This document shows, piece by piece, positions 41,732 through 54,016 of a stretch of DNA of 64,000 nt. Source of the DNA: Eimeria praecox (taxonomy: Eukaryota); contig OY986946.1 in the NCBI GenBank assembly GCA_963920595.1, forward strand, positions 4,960,001 through 5,024,000, given 5' to 3'. Each line of letters begins with the position of its first letter. Positions within the stretch are counted from its first letter, which is position 1. A program made the position numbers and the translations under genes. The notes below the pieces were generated by a model. The model saw nothing but the letters and a program-made list of their open reading frames with translations. It had not been told where the DNA came from and did not search any database.

Positions 41732-42894
41732 CTGCATAGACAGCGAATGCCTGCAAAAAGCTCGCCAACTCACCATCCGGCTGCTTCGCACCTAAGACCA
41801 CATTCGTGTGCTGTCAAAAGCGTGCGAATGTGGTCTTAGGTGCAACTGCTACAGTACGTGGATAGATTCCCCCTGCTGCGAGCGCTGCACCCAGGAACCG
41901 TCAGAAGCATCCGGACTTGGCACTACACCTTCTGTCGAAATGGCGATGCCAGTTCTAACTGCAGATACTCTACCGCGCGAGGCCTTCCACCAGTATGTCA
42001 AATTGTGACTGTTCTCCACAACCTGTGGTAGGTGAGCCTGCACTACTCCGCTTGAAGCATGCTCATACTTAAACGTAGCTTGCCACGTAACCTCTATGCA
42101 CACTTCCCCCACCTGTTGAAAAGCACTGCCTGAAGCGGACCCATCTTGGCTTCCACAAAAACACTTAAGAGCCCCACAAGGCCTCCACACTCCAGATTGT
42201 ACTCGTCGTACTTCAGAAAGGGCGTATGCAGGGCCGTCGATACAAGGATTCCCCCTTCATGTCATTTGCACGGGATTTAAGGTCAAGTTGATAGAACTCC
42301 CCTACTTGGCCGCCAACAAGAATAGCCCGTTTCTGCGGAATGAGCAGCTTGTAGCTAGTCTTAACGATCATGCACAAAGGGCAAACGCCTTGAATTTGTG
42401 AGGACACCCCCGCAATTGTGGTTCATAATCAAAATTGAGCGCTGCTGTTGCCAGCAATATACAATAGAAAGAAATGCCGGGGAAACCAAGAGAGGGCAAT
42501 GCCAGCAGACAGCTGATGACTGACGCTTCACTCTTGATTCCTTGAATATGCAGATATTTGATTTCAGTTGCAGCAATTTAAACAGTCCTCACTGGGGCTT
42601 GCCTCTTCTTCTCTTCAACACTGCGTCCCCCAAATAGGTACTGCCGAAAGCCTGTATTGCCATTTCTTGCTGCTAGTACGCCATTCAAATGCCTCCAGAA
42701 GCGCCCACAGACCTAATCTTACCTGCCTTTGGAGTGGCGTCTACGCCAACACAACATGAGTCGCATTACTGGAGCCCGTATCCTGCACTTCCCTGTGCAT
42801 TTTCAAGCACCTTAATGGCATCTGCCGACACACGTGGAGATCATCTCAGCGCGTTTTCAGTGTTTGCATGCGCCAAGCCTGCCTTGACCAAAAT

Positions 42895-43299
42895 CTATCT
42901 TGGAAACTCTTGGATGGGGGGCCTCTGTGGTGCCTCCCGCCTGTTGAATGCAGTTGCATGCGCCTGACCAGCACTCACTGAAACTGATATTGCGTCCTCC
43001 ATTTCGTCTTCGTCTTCAGCGCCAGATGGTTGATCTGACTGTTTAGGATGGGGGCGGCGGTACAGCATGGCCCAGGTGAGAGCGAGAATCAAAATCAGAG
43101 AGGTGCCCCCAGCGAGAGCCACTTGCGAAACTATGCGCTTCTGCCCGTCAGTTGTATAGCTCCATGTGGGTGGGGCCATAAGCTCCCGCACCGCAGTATC
43201 ATCAGGAGGAGCAAGGAATTCATCTTTTTCCTGTTGAGTAGACGCCGCCGACGCCATAGAAACTAGGAAGGCGAAAAGAGTGGGTAAGCAACGATACAT
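42895..43299 (-). CDS. Hypothetical ~134-aa type-I membrane protein (signal peptide plus one transmembrane helix, acidic tail)
   Basis: ATG at 43299 in a CAAAATG context. MYRCLPTLFAFLVSMASAA is signal-like, VALAGGTSLILILALTWAMLY followed by RR is TM-like, and EDEDEMED follows. The upstream region 43490-43850 is AT-rich. The 3' end may be spliced. Confidence 0.55.
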   Translation of the reverse strand: MYRCLPTLFAFLVSMASAASTQQEKDEFLAPPDDTAVRELMAPPTWSYTTDGQKRIVSQVALAGGTSLILILALTWAMLYRRPHPKQSDQPSGAEDEDEMEDAISVSVSAGQAHATAFNRREAPQRPPIQEFPR

Positions 43300-44089
43300 T
43301 TTGGGAATGAAAAGAAGTCTGATGAAATTAACTAACAAATGAGCCCCCATTGGAAACCCACCTAATAGAGAAAAATTGTATGCTAATTGTAATAAATGCA
43401 ACCACTCAGGTGGCCCTAGGTAAGAGCTTGACGAACCAGGACAGAACCACACTGGTTGATTGCTAGGCAAAGGAAAGCCCGTGGTCACTTAATCTATTGT
43501 TGAACGTTATAGGATGGTAATATCTATATTTTCATGTTTTTTTTAAAAAAGACACATTTGGTTATAATACTATTCATCTATTATACGTAACCCACCCTTC
43601 TGTAGAGCACGACCTAACGAACGAAACGGAGCTTAGCCCGCTGAAGCTTGCAGGTTTTGAACAGATCGTCATGAAAAATTCGATCAATAATGTAGAAAAG
43701 TGTAGAAATTTTAACTTCAAGGGATATAATTTGAAATATATATTTCTTCGAATTCAGAACATACACGGGAAGCTTAGTAATCGGGTATACTCTCTTTATT
43801 GTGCAGGCTTTTGATTGTGGCTTATTACTTGCGAACATCTAGTTGATAGCCCCAGGGAGTGAGAATCTTATTATCATGAAGCCGGGCTCACAGAGGGGCC
43901 AGTGAGAATACAGACAGTGCTGTTTAACCCTGTGATAGTGTTGTTTGCCTTCACGCGTGGCATGGCCTGTGTGATGTTAGTACTCTTACTTCAGTTACTC
44001 GCAGGCTGGCAGTGGAGGGCCAAGCACGTGTTTAATGAGTATCTACACTACGGCCTACACGGTTACACATGTAACAAGAGGACTGGTTG

Positions 44090-45070
44090 TGCGCGCATGT
44101 GAGGCTAAGGCGCATGCGTATATGGCAGCACTGTTTCCACAAGGTGCGTTGCAGCCCGTAACTGGCTACCCCGTGGCCCCACCAGCTCCAGCCCCTTGGC
44201 CCGTTGTATCCAGGGGTGGAGGCCATCCGCGCTGTCTTTTGAGAGCTCTGTCTTAAGCTTTTGACTCTCTTGCAACTCGCGAGTGTCCTTGGCTAAGGCC
44301 GAGGACTCTCGTTACATGAGGGGCGCCAAAATATTAAGACAACGACTTCTTCCTCGCGAATCTCAGTGCCGACACTCAAGCCAAGGACATGCAAGCCTTA
44401 AACACTACCCTTACACGCTACTTCTGCCAGCAACACTTCCGCAGAAGCCACTCAAGGAGGCAGTGGGCTCGCGGTTTGTACGTCGGCCTTCGACAGACTG
44501 AGCAGTATCAGCCATTAGGCGCTACCGCCGAAACGCTAAGCCATAAAACCCCAAACATCAATCACAATCTGTAAGAATGTGGCGCACGAAGAAGCAGCGC
44601 AGCTCCCACGGGAAGGTGAAGATGATCTTCCCTTCGCAACCATCAAATTCACGTTGAGGCCATCCCACCAATGCAGCGAAGACTGCCCACAATCCCATAC
44701 AAACACAGCCCCTGAACTCAAAACCCCTAAGTCTTAAACCCTTAAAAACAACAGACCCTTAGCGGGATCTGCGACTCCTAGAATGCGGACCCCAAACCCC
44801 CCCCCCGCCCCACCCCCCCCCCCCCCCAACAACAACAACAACAAAACCGCGATGCCCATACGCCATCCAGGGATATGGGTCGAACGCCGAGGCTTTGTAC
44901 GGACGAACTGCTTCATTCAGACCCCACATTGCAATGGCGTGCTGCTCTTTTATTGATGAGTGCTTGTTGCCTTTGAAAGAACCCATGAGAGAGCAGGCAG
45001 AGTATATACACGAAGAGCTATGAATACACTATCAGTACTATCACGCCTTAAGCCCTAAACACCAGCCACT
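44090..45070 (-). pseudogene. Decayed partial duplicate of the 3' exons and introns of the adjacent Na+/H+ exchanger gene
   Basis: MGSFKGNKHSSIKEQHAIAMWGLNEAV (44986-44906) matches [50 protein letters not shown] (~44680-44612) matches [22 protein letters not shown]. 44326-44410 is collinear with 47450-47530, and degraded AAACCCT remnants sit in the matching introns. Confidence 0.8.
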
Positions 45071-45267
45071 GATCCCCCATGCCCACTCCGCACTTTTGTT
45101 TGTGGGACAGCAGAGGCGGCAGAAGCAGCAGCTGAAGAAGTAGCTAAAGCAGAAGCAGCCGCAGCAGAAACAGCTGCAGTAGAAGCAGCTGCAGCAGGAG
45201 CTGCTGCAGCGGGCTTCTAAAATGTATTCGCATTTCAGAAGGTTGTTAGGCTATATGTTGTCTGTGC

Positions 45268-45684
45268 TCAGCAGCGTGTCTGTGGGGGATATCCTGCGGC
45301 GGTTTGCTGTAGCAACAGCACATTAGTTGCTGCTGCTGCCTGCATTGCAGCAGCTGATGGTGTTACGCCTGCTGCAGTGCTGCTGTTATTCTGCTGCCAA
45401 AGCAACTCGCCGTCATCCCAAGAAACCCAAGAAAGCTCATGGCATTGTTGCCTGAGCAGGATCAAGTCGGCAGCAGACGAAGCAGCCCTATCTGCTGTTG
45501 TTGTTGCTGCTGCTAGGGGGTTTACAGCTGCTACCATTGGCCTAGCACTTGCAAGCAGCTGCTTGTGCCCCCTCAGTTCATTGTTACCTTGTATCAAGGT
45601 CCTTGCTGCCTCGCATTGCTGAAGCAGCCCTTTCGCCCCTAGCAGCAGCACCAGCACCAGCAGCAAGCACACGAATAGCTGCAT
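45268..45684 (-). CDS. Possible small secreted hypothetical protein or terminal exon
   Basis: 138-aa ORF with a signal-like N-terminus MQLFVCLLLVLVLLLGAKG and a non-repetitive middle. The hydrophobicity could be a CTG-repeat artefact, and the ATG follows TTTAG, a possible splice acceptor. Confidence 0.35.
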   Translation of the reverse strand: MQLFVCLLLVLVLLLGAKGLLQQCEAARTLIQGNNELRGHKQLLASARPMVAAVNPLAAATTTADRAASSAADLILLRQQCHELSWVSWDDGELLWQQNNSSTAAGVTPSAAAMQAAAATNVLLLQQTAAGYPPQTRC

Positions 45685-46791
45685 CTAAAGAAAGGAGAGA
45701 AACGAGGGGAAGCAGCAGCAGCATTGAGCTGCTTGAACCTGCATTTGCTACAACTTGAATGTGTCGTTGCTCGCTACATTGGGTAGAAGTACATTGAAAC
45801 ACATCGTTCTCTTGCTTCCTATGAGCAGCATACAGCTCAATCTAATAAAACAAATATCATCAAACAATCGTAGAAGGGGCGTTGCTCGTAAGCAGCCATG
45901 AGGAAGGGTATCTCTATCACTCAAAGGGTCGTTTCTACTCTTGCTCTCCCATCAGCAGCACGTTAACACACAACAACCATTCAACCCCTGAAAACCACGC
46001 AAAGTGGCCGGGCAGGCCATCCCCAAAATTATATTTAGCCAAGTAGGCAATGCCACATTTTGCTGTGTCTGCTGTTCTCGCTTACTCGATAGACAGAGAT
46101 AGGATAGAGAGAGGCGGTGTTGCAGGGTTCATAAGCACCTGGGACTAGCACTAGTTAGAGATGTTTCTCTTCCTCTCTCTGTCTCTGTCAAACTTCTATC
46201 ACCTACGTTTCTGTTCCTGTCTTTCCTGTCTTTCGTTGGTGGTGGCTTGTAACTGACTGCCGTTCGTCTGCATATCCCCCATAAGAGAACAGTACTAACA
46301 GAAAATGTATCATACATTTCTAAGAAGATAGAGCCCCGCTACTACAATTAATTCGTCCACCGGCGTCTGTACACCTCAGCAGCTAGCATTGAACAGATGA
46401 AGACAGCCAATAGGCGACAGTGTAGATTGCTAGCTCTAAGTACGTGTAGCGGTGGTTTGGTGTCTGTATATTCTCATGTCTGCCTGAGGACTGCAGCCAC
46501 ATCACTGCTTCTACAGGTGCTGTGGTGTTTCGAAGTTGATACGGGCAACGCAGCATGTTCTTAGGCTTGTCTAGCCATCTGTATCCCTCTAGCTCCGTCT
46601 GCTACAGCAGCAGCAGCTCTTGCTGCTGCTCTAAACAGTTTTGAAAGCCGGCTATCCTGCCGCCATCACAGCGCAAATGCAAAGAAGAAAGAAAAGCAAC
46701 AGCTGCTGCACCTGACGCAGCAGCTGCAGCACTAGCGCGCGCTTCGTAGACAGTTCAGCAGAAATAGAACTGCTTTCTGAATGCTCTCCAT

Positions 46792-49700
46792 TCACGGCCT
46801 TGGCTGATGGGGCCCTATTAGACCTGACTGCCGCTGCAGCAGATCGCCGTTTCCAACGAGATCTGCTGCAGGAGCCAAATCAACGTCTGTGCATTCTGTG
46901 TTCTGTGGTAGATTGACATACACTTCATTGCCCCGTCGCCGGAGCTGTTCCTGCTGCTGCTGCTGCTGCTCCTGTTGCTGCTGCTTGTCATCAGCAGCAA
47001 ACTGTTGCAGCTCAACCGCCTCATTCTGCTCTGTAGTTCGTCTGCGAGGCCGACGGGGGCTCGTGAAGAATGGTGTCAGGTACCTGCGGATACACCCGAA
47101 AACGCCACGTGCACAGATGCATGAGCAACGAGTAGATAAACAACTCGAGAAGAATTAAGAATATAAACAAACAAAAAGAAACAAACAAGGCAAATACATT
47201 TTAAAAAACCCACTCAGCATCAAGAAAACGCAAAGCCCTGCGCAAGAGCGTGCAGCAATTGTTTCTACACCAAGCTCCGCTCGGAACCTCATTCTGCTGC
47301 TGCTGCTGCTGCTGCTGTTGCTGTGTCGTCAGACCAGCCTCCCTACTACCGCTTAGGCTGTTGCTGCTGGTGTTGCTGCTGCTGCTGCTGCTGCTGTGCA
47401 GCGGTAGTTCCCCAGCGGATGTCTCCTCGTTTGCCCCTTCACTCTCATCCAAAAATATCCCCAACGGTCTCAGCGCGAACAACAGCGCCGGCGCTGCATC
47501 CAGTGACACACAAACCCTTACCACTTAAACCCTAAACCTCAAAGAATAAACCGTTAAACCCTAAACCCTAAACCCTAACTATATAAGCTACTACTAGCAC
47601 CTACAACAGTTGTACAGAAACCCCTCACGTAGAGGTAGAGAGCTCGCTGTCGACAATGCTGAGTATAAGCAGGCTGAATGCTGGTGGTGACTCTGACGCG
47701 CTAACCCCTAAACCTTAAACCCTAAAACCCTAAACCCTAAACCCTAAACCCTCTTCTCTGATCACAAGGGCGAAGACGAGAACGCACTGATAAGCAGCAC
47801 AGACACCAGAGCCACAATTAACGTGAAGGTGAGGATGGCCTTCCCTTCTTTACCCCCAAAGTCATGGTGAGCCCTTTCCGCGAGTGCGAAGGCTGTACAG
47901 AACGCTCACAACAGCAACCCTTAAACCCTAAACCCTAAACCCTAAACCCTAAACCCTAGTGGCCCGCAAGCCCATGGATGTGCTGCAGCACATCCGCGGT
48001 CCTTAGGCTCAGGGTATATACTGACCGACTGTTCCCCTCAAGCCACACAACGCGATGGCGTGCTGCTCTTTCATAGACAAGCGTTTGCGGCCTCTAAAGA
48101 AGTTCATGAGGAAACAGGTTAAGTAAACACTAATAGCCCTGAACACATTCTCAGGCCCACCCTAAACCCTTAAACCCTAAACCCTAACCCCCCCACCCAT
48201 CCCTGAAGTCGCGGAACACAAAGCAGCAATCACTACCTGCTCCAGATGCTTAGGGTTTAGGGTTTAGGGTTTAGGGTTTAGGGTTTGGGGCGGATTGTTA
48301 GACGTCCTGAGCTTGCAACGAAGACCCTCGCTGCACCTGCAACTTCAAGAGGAGGAGAGCAAGTACAAGGGTTGAGCTCATGTTCAGGTGTATGCTCACC
48401 TTGCTGCAATAACAGCAGCGAGACCACCTGCAAGAAAGAGGCCAGCTTCCTGTAGAGACAGTAAATCAAAAGAGAAGGGGGCTAACCCTAGAAAGACGAA
48501 GGCGAGACACTCCGTTAAGAGAGCGAAAGCCCCAAATACAGCTGCGGCAGAACTCACACAACAGCCAAAGTTAAACAATATTAGAGAGACCCTATCAGGG
48601 CCCCCTATAAGAAAGCAGCCCCCAGATACATACCCCTAGAAGCAGCTTGAGCTGTCTCCGATAGATTGACGAATGCATACTTCCCCATAGATATGCCACA
48701 GAAGCAGATGGAGACGATCCCGCTCCCCCCACAGCCCTGCTCATACACCACAAATCCCCAAACCCCACAAGCTAAACCCTAGACCCTAAACAACAATCAA
48801 CAAACAAACGAAACAGGCAGACAAATGAAGCAGCAGAAGACAATCCCGCAAGTAGAACAAAAGGAGGGTGTTTAACATCTGAACAGCAACACGGGTTTCG
48901 CCTTCTATGAGCCTAGGGTTTAGGGTTTCATGCTGGAGCTAGGGTTTAGGGTTTAGGGTTTGGGATACATCTGCAATGAGGTAAGACAGCCACGGAAAGA
49001 CTAGCAGCAACGCCACCTCGAGCGCCACGCCTTCCTCGTCCCAATCAATATGTTTGTACACCTAAGAAAATACACAAACCCTAAACCCTAACCCCTAACC
49101 CCTAAACCCTAAACCCTAAACATTAAACCCTAAACCCTCAGCCCTAAGCCGTAACATCTGCTAGAGCGCAGGCATCACCGCTTCCCTGCTGCAAAGACGC
49201 AACAACAGCAACAGCAACAGCAGCAGCAGCGACGCGCGAAGCAGCACCCGCAGCAGCCGGAACTACCACAGCAGCAACACACATATAAACAGCAGCAGCA
49301 ACAACAACAACAAGAGCAGCAGCAGCAGCAACAGCAGCAACAGCAGCCACATACAAGTGCAGCAACAGCCCCAGTAAGGAGTCCGAGGACTGTGGATGCT
49401 AAGAACGTAAACAAGAAAGAAGCAGCAGCAGCAGCAAACCCTCTGTCTGCCTCTTCATCAGCAATAGCCCTATACAAGACAAGTGTCACCGCATCGTTTA
49501 GTAGGCTCTCTCCAAATACCTAACAACAAATAAACAAAACAAGTGTAAAGACACAAACACAAACAGCAGCAGCAAATGCAGCAGCTGCTGCTTCTCCCCC
49601 TTCGCTCATGCTAGCAGCAAAGCAGCAAACGTCCTGCTGCAGCAGCACCTCTTTCCGTGTTGTTGCTGCTGCTGTTCATGGATCTGCTGCTGCAGCAGCA

Positions 49701-50127
49701 GCAGCAAATCCATTAACAACAGCAGCAGCAACACTCTCTACACGCCTCTTATACGAGGCACAGCAACTCAAACAGCAGCAGCAGCAGCAGCAGCAGCACA
49801 AGACTCTGTAGCTTCTCAACGGCTAGCCTTGTTCACTCCAGAGAGGCCACACTCCCTCCCCCTCCCTCCCCTCTCCCTCCCTCTCTCCTCTCTCAGTCTC
49901 CATCTCCCCCCCCCCTTTAAAGGGTTTAGTGTTTATATATATCTATATCTATATCTACATATCTGCATATCTGCATATCTACATATCCACATATCTATAT
50001 ATCTATATCTATATCTATATCTATATCTATATCTATATCTATATCTATATCTATATTTATATCTATCTATCTATCTATCTATCTACATATATATATATAT
50101 ATATATATACATCTATCTATCTATCTG

Positions 50128-50220
<93 letters not shown>

Positions 50221-50394
50221 ATATATATATATATATATATATATAATGTATATATTACCAGGACATGTATCAACAACTTGGCTCGTAGATCTCTAAAAGC
50301 ACTCAACACGGCGACAGGATCTGTTGAAGATATCAAAGCCCCAACAGCAAATGCTCGGCGAGGGGTTAGAGAGACACCCGGTAGCAGCAGACCT

Positions 50395-50431
<37 letters not shown>

Positions 50432-50568
50432 CCAAAACCAGAGGGCGTCGAACCCCTTGAAGCCCTCGCTGGCAGCATCCAAAACAGCAGCAGCAATAAC
50501 AGCAGCAGCACCACCAACAACAGCAGCACCAGCAACAACACCAGCACCACCAACAACAGCAGCACCAG

Positions 50569-50603
<35 letters not shown>

Positions 50604-52579
50604 GCAGCAGCAGCACCTGCTCCTAGCATGTGGCTCCCAATAAGGAGAGAGCTGCAGAGGGTGGCCCCCACAGCTAACCACAACACGCTCCCAAAGTTTT
50701 CTTGAAAGACGAACCCGAAAGGGTGCTGCGCCAGCTCTAAACCCCTACACACAACACACACAGCCAAACCCTAAACCCTAAACCCTAAACCCTAAACCCT
50801 AAACCCTAAACCCTAAACCCTAAACCCTAAAACACTAGACCCTAAACACTATACACTAAACCCTACACACTAAACCCTAAATCCTTCTATAGGCTACAAG
50901 CACACCCAAAACCACAAACCCTAATACCTCTACAAACCCTAAACCCTAATCTATAATAAACAACTTATGAGATTCTCTTCTTTATTACTACGATTATCTA
51001 ATATTATAATAATAAACAAATTTAATTTATTTAATTATTTAATAATTATTAAAATACTAATTAAATAAAAACAAATCAAACTTCGCATTCATAGAAAAGA
51101 TACACAGGCAGTGGTTAGCAGTTGCTGTGGGGAGCATCCCCCGTAAACCCTAAACCCTAAACCCTAAGTCCTAAACCCTAAACCCTAAACCCTAAACCCT
51201 AAACCCTAAGTTCTAAACCCTAAACCCTAAGTTCTAAACCCTAAACCCTAAGTCCTAAACCCTAAACCCTAAACCCTACATGGGGTTATTTGTAAGGGTT
51301 TTAAGCCCATAGACTTCTCTGGAAAGTGTTTAGGGTTTAGGGTTTAGGGTTTAGGAGACAGGGTATACCCCTGAAAAACAATGGGAGGGAGCAGCAGCAC
51401 AAAGAAAACTTCTTCTTTCAAAGCCAAGATGCTTCGAAGGCTGCTGCTGCTGCTGCGCTGCTGCTGCAGCCGATGCTGCTGCTGCAGCACAGCCCCCAGC
51501 AGCAAACCAAGCAACGTTGCTACCAGCGGCACCTGCAGCACGAGCTGCTGCATGCGTTTAGCAGCAAGAGATATAAATAAACAGGCAGCAACAATCAGCA
51601 GCAGCAGCAGCAACCCCACAGACATCACAACCTCCTTCTCGCTGCTGCTGAGATCATCGGCAGCCTCGCCCGCCCACGTCTCCCTACCCCTGCTGCTGCT
51701 GCTGTTGCTGCTGTTGCTGCTGTTGCTGCTGTTGCTGCTGTTGTGCTTGTTGCTGCTGTTGTCACTGCTGTTGTCGTTGCTGCTGCTGCTGCTTCCACTG
51801 TTGTTGTTGCTGCTGCTGCTATCTACACTCGTGTCGCTGTCACCAGGGCTGCTGCTCTTCTCATCCACAGTGCTGCTGCTAACGGCGGTGTTCGTGCTGC
51901 TGCTGCTGCTGCTGCTGCTAGCTGCATTGCTGCTGCTGCTGCTGCTGCTGCTGTTTTGCGAGTCCTCAATCTCCTCTAGGCGTCTCAGAGTTCCCGCGAG
52001 CAGCAGCAGCAGCTGCTGCTGCTGCTGTTCGTTGCTCAGGTCTGAGCTGCCACTAGCTGCTGCAGCAGCAGCTGCTGCTGCAGCAGTTGCTCCTCCTGCA
52101 GCAAAGTCTTCCGCAGCAGGCGCTGCAGCAGCAGCTACTGCAGCAGCTGCTGCTGCTGCCGGGCTGCATTTGGCTGGGGGTGTAGGAGAATCTAGCAAGT
52201 CAGCAGCGCGCGCAGCAACAGCTGCTGCTGTTGCTGCTGCAGGTGCTGCTGTTGCTGCTGTTGCTGCTGCAGGTGCTGCTGTTGCTGCTGCAGGTGCTGC
52301 TGTAGGTGCTGCTGTAGGTGTTGCTGCTCCCTCCGCCACCAGATTGAAAGTGTTCTCAAATGCTGTTGCTGCAGAGGCTGTTGCTGCTGTATGAGCTGTT
52401 CGTGCTGCTGTTGCTGCTGCAGCTGTAGACGTAGTGTGTGCTAAGCTGGGTCTTGCTGCTGCTGCTGCTGCTGCTGCGTCATCTACTGCAGACAAGACTG
52501 CAGCAGCTGCTGCTACGGACGTTACCTGAGGAGTAACTGCCTCGAGCAGCAGCAGCAGCAGCAGCAGCAGCGTAACCAT
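46792..52579 (-). CDS. CPA1-family Na+/H+ exchanger, NHE8-like, about 11-12 exons
   Basis: Phase-compatible GT-AG exons: 52579-51369 (..[13 protein letters not shown]), 50744-50617 ([16 protein letters not shown]), 50392-50259 ([13 protein letters not shown]), 49519-49355 ([11 protein letters not shown]), 49061-48969, 48736-48634 ([10 protein letters not shown]), 48541-48400 (E..AFVFLGL), 48138-48026 (GLRG), 47892-47788. One or two exons near 47670-47215 are uncertain. The last exon ~47083-46792 gives FLDAE/YLTPFFT, like the NHE8 LDAKYLNPFFT motif. Confidence 0.92.
49935..50243. repeat. Compound microsatellite (ATATCT)n/(ATCT)n/(AT)n in an NHE intron
   Basis: Directly visible. Confidence 0.95.
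50766..51354. repeat. Interstitial telomere-like AAACCCT tracts in NHE intron 1; similar tracts at 47555-47750, 47920-47957, 48160-48285, 48913-48960, 49077-49145, 53292-53430, 59875-60052 and 62803-62841
   Basis: (AAACCCT)n/(AGGGTTT)n is directly visible and is a known feature of Eimeria repeat-rich segments. Confidence 0.95.
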
Positions 52580-52769
52580 CGTCCAGCTGCTGCTGCAGCA
52601 GCAGCAGCAGCTGCAGCAGCAGCAGCTGCTACGCTTAATACCGTAATAAGTTTTTTGTATTATATATTCAATGAATTAAATAAAGAAGAAAATTTAAAGA
52701 GCAACACAGAGATGAAGACCGACACCCTGTCGGCAGTCAGCCCCCAGAGGGTGGCTAGAGTTGCTGCTA

Positions 52770-52809
<40 letters not shown>

Positions 52810-52998
52810 AGTTGTTGCTGCTGCTGTTGTTATTGCCTCGTAGTATTTAACAACAATGAAAATTGTATTAATTCTTCAAAAGAAGAAACTACACACAGAA
52901 GCTACAGCAGCAGCAGCAGCAGCAGCAGCGGCAGCAGCAGTAGCGGTTGGTCTCTGCTGCAGCACGAGTTGCAAGTGGGCCCCCCCCGCCCCCCTCCT

Positions 52999-53056
<58 letters not shown>

Positions 53057-53190
53057 GACTTGGGACTCTCTGTGGGGCTGGCTTATAGAAGCCTTGCATG
53101 TTTTTAAATTTTTGTAGAATATTCTTCTTGGGTATATTAAACTATTTAAGCTATCAACTGCAACGGCTGCTGCTGCTGCCTTTCTTTATC

Positions 53191-53222
<32 letters not shown>

Positions 53223-53446
53223 GGCTGCTGCTGCTGCTGCTGCTGCTGCTGCCGACGGGAACGTGGGGTGTCTTGAAGCCTTGTGTCTCCGCTAGGGTTT
53301 AGGGTTTAGGGTTTGTTGTTTAATTTATTTGGGGATATTCTGCCTCTCTTCTTCTTTTTGGAAAGACAACCAAGGGCTCGACCTGAGGGTTTAGGGTTTA
53401 GGGTTTAGGGTTTAGGGTTTAGGGTTTAGGATTCGAGGCGCCAACG
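52580..53446. promoter_or_regulatory. Short (~870 bp) head-to-head intergenic region, probable bidirectional promoter
   Basis: Lies between the NHE ATG (52579, -) and the CPN20 ATG (53447, +). AT-rich patches alternate with CAG/CTG tracts. Confidence 0.45.
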
Positions 53447-53673
53447 ATGCTCTCTCACCAGCGGAAGCTGCTGCTGCTGCTGCTGCTAGCAGCAGCAGCA
53501 GCACAGCAGGCACAAACATTTGTTGTAAATCAAAGCAATCAGCTCTTAAGAGTGAGAGGGCCTCCCGTCGCTGCTGCCTTTGTTGCTGCTGCTGCTGCTC
53601 TTGTTGCTGCTGCTGCTGCTCTTCTTGCTGCTGCATCTGTTCTGGGCTGTATAGTATAGCACCCTTCTCATCG

Positions 53674-53712
<39 letters not shown>

Positions 53713-53864
53713 AGGCTGGCCCCACACAGTTTGGCGCGTCGGAAGCCCATCGACCTGCTGCTGCCGCGGCAAGCATGCCCTCGGGTGAGCAGCAGCAGCA
53801 ACAGCAGCAGCACCAATAGCAACAGCAGCAGCACCAACAGCAACCGCAGCAGCAGCAACACCAC

Positions 53865-53907
<43 letters not shown>

Positions 53908-53977
53908 GTGAGTTGGATCCCTAAGGGTTAAGTGTCTATGTGGCCTTCTGTTGCTTTGCAGCAAACACCGCACTCGG

Positions 53978-54016
<39 letters not shown>

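Noticed and set aside
53098..53295. Alternative first coding exon of CPN20
   Set aside because: Splicing from GGGAAC|GT to the next TTTAG acceptor meets a stop, and the ATG at 53447 gives a better bipartite leader. It may be 5' UTR.
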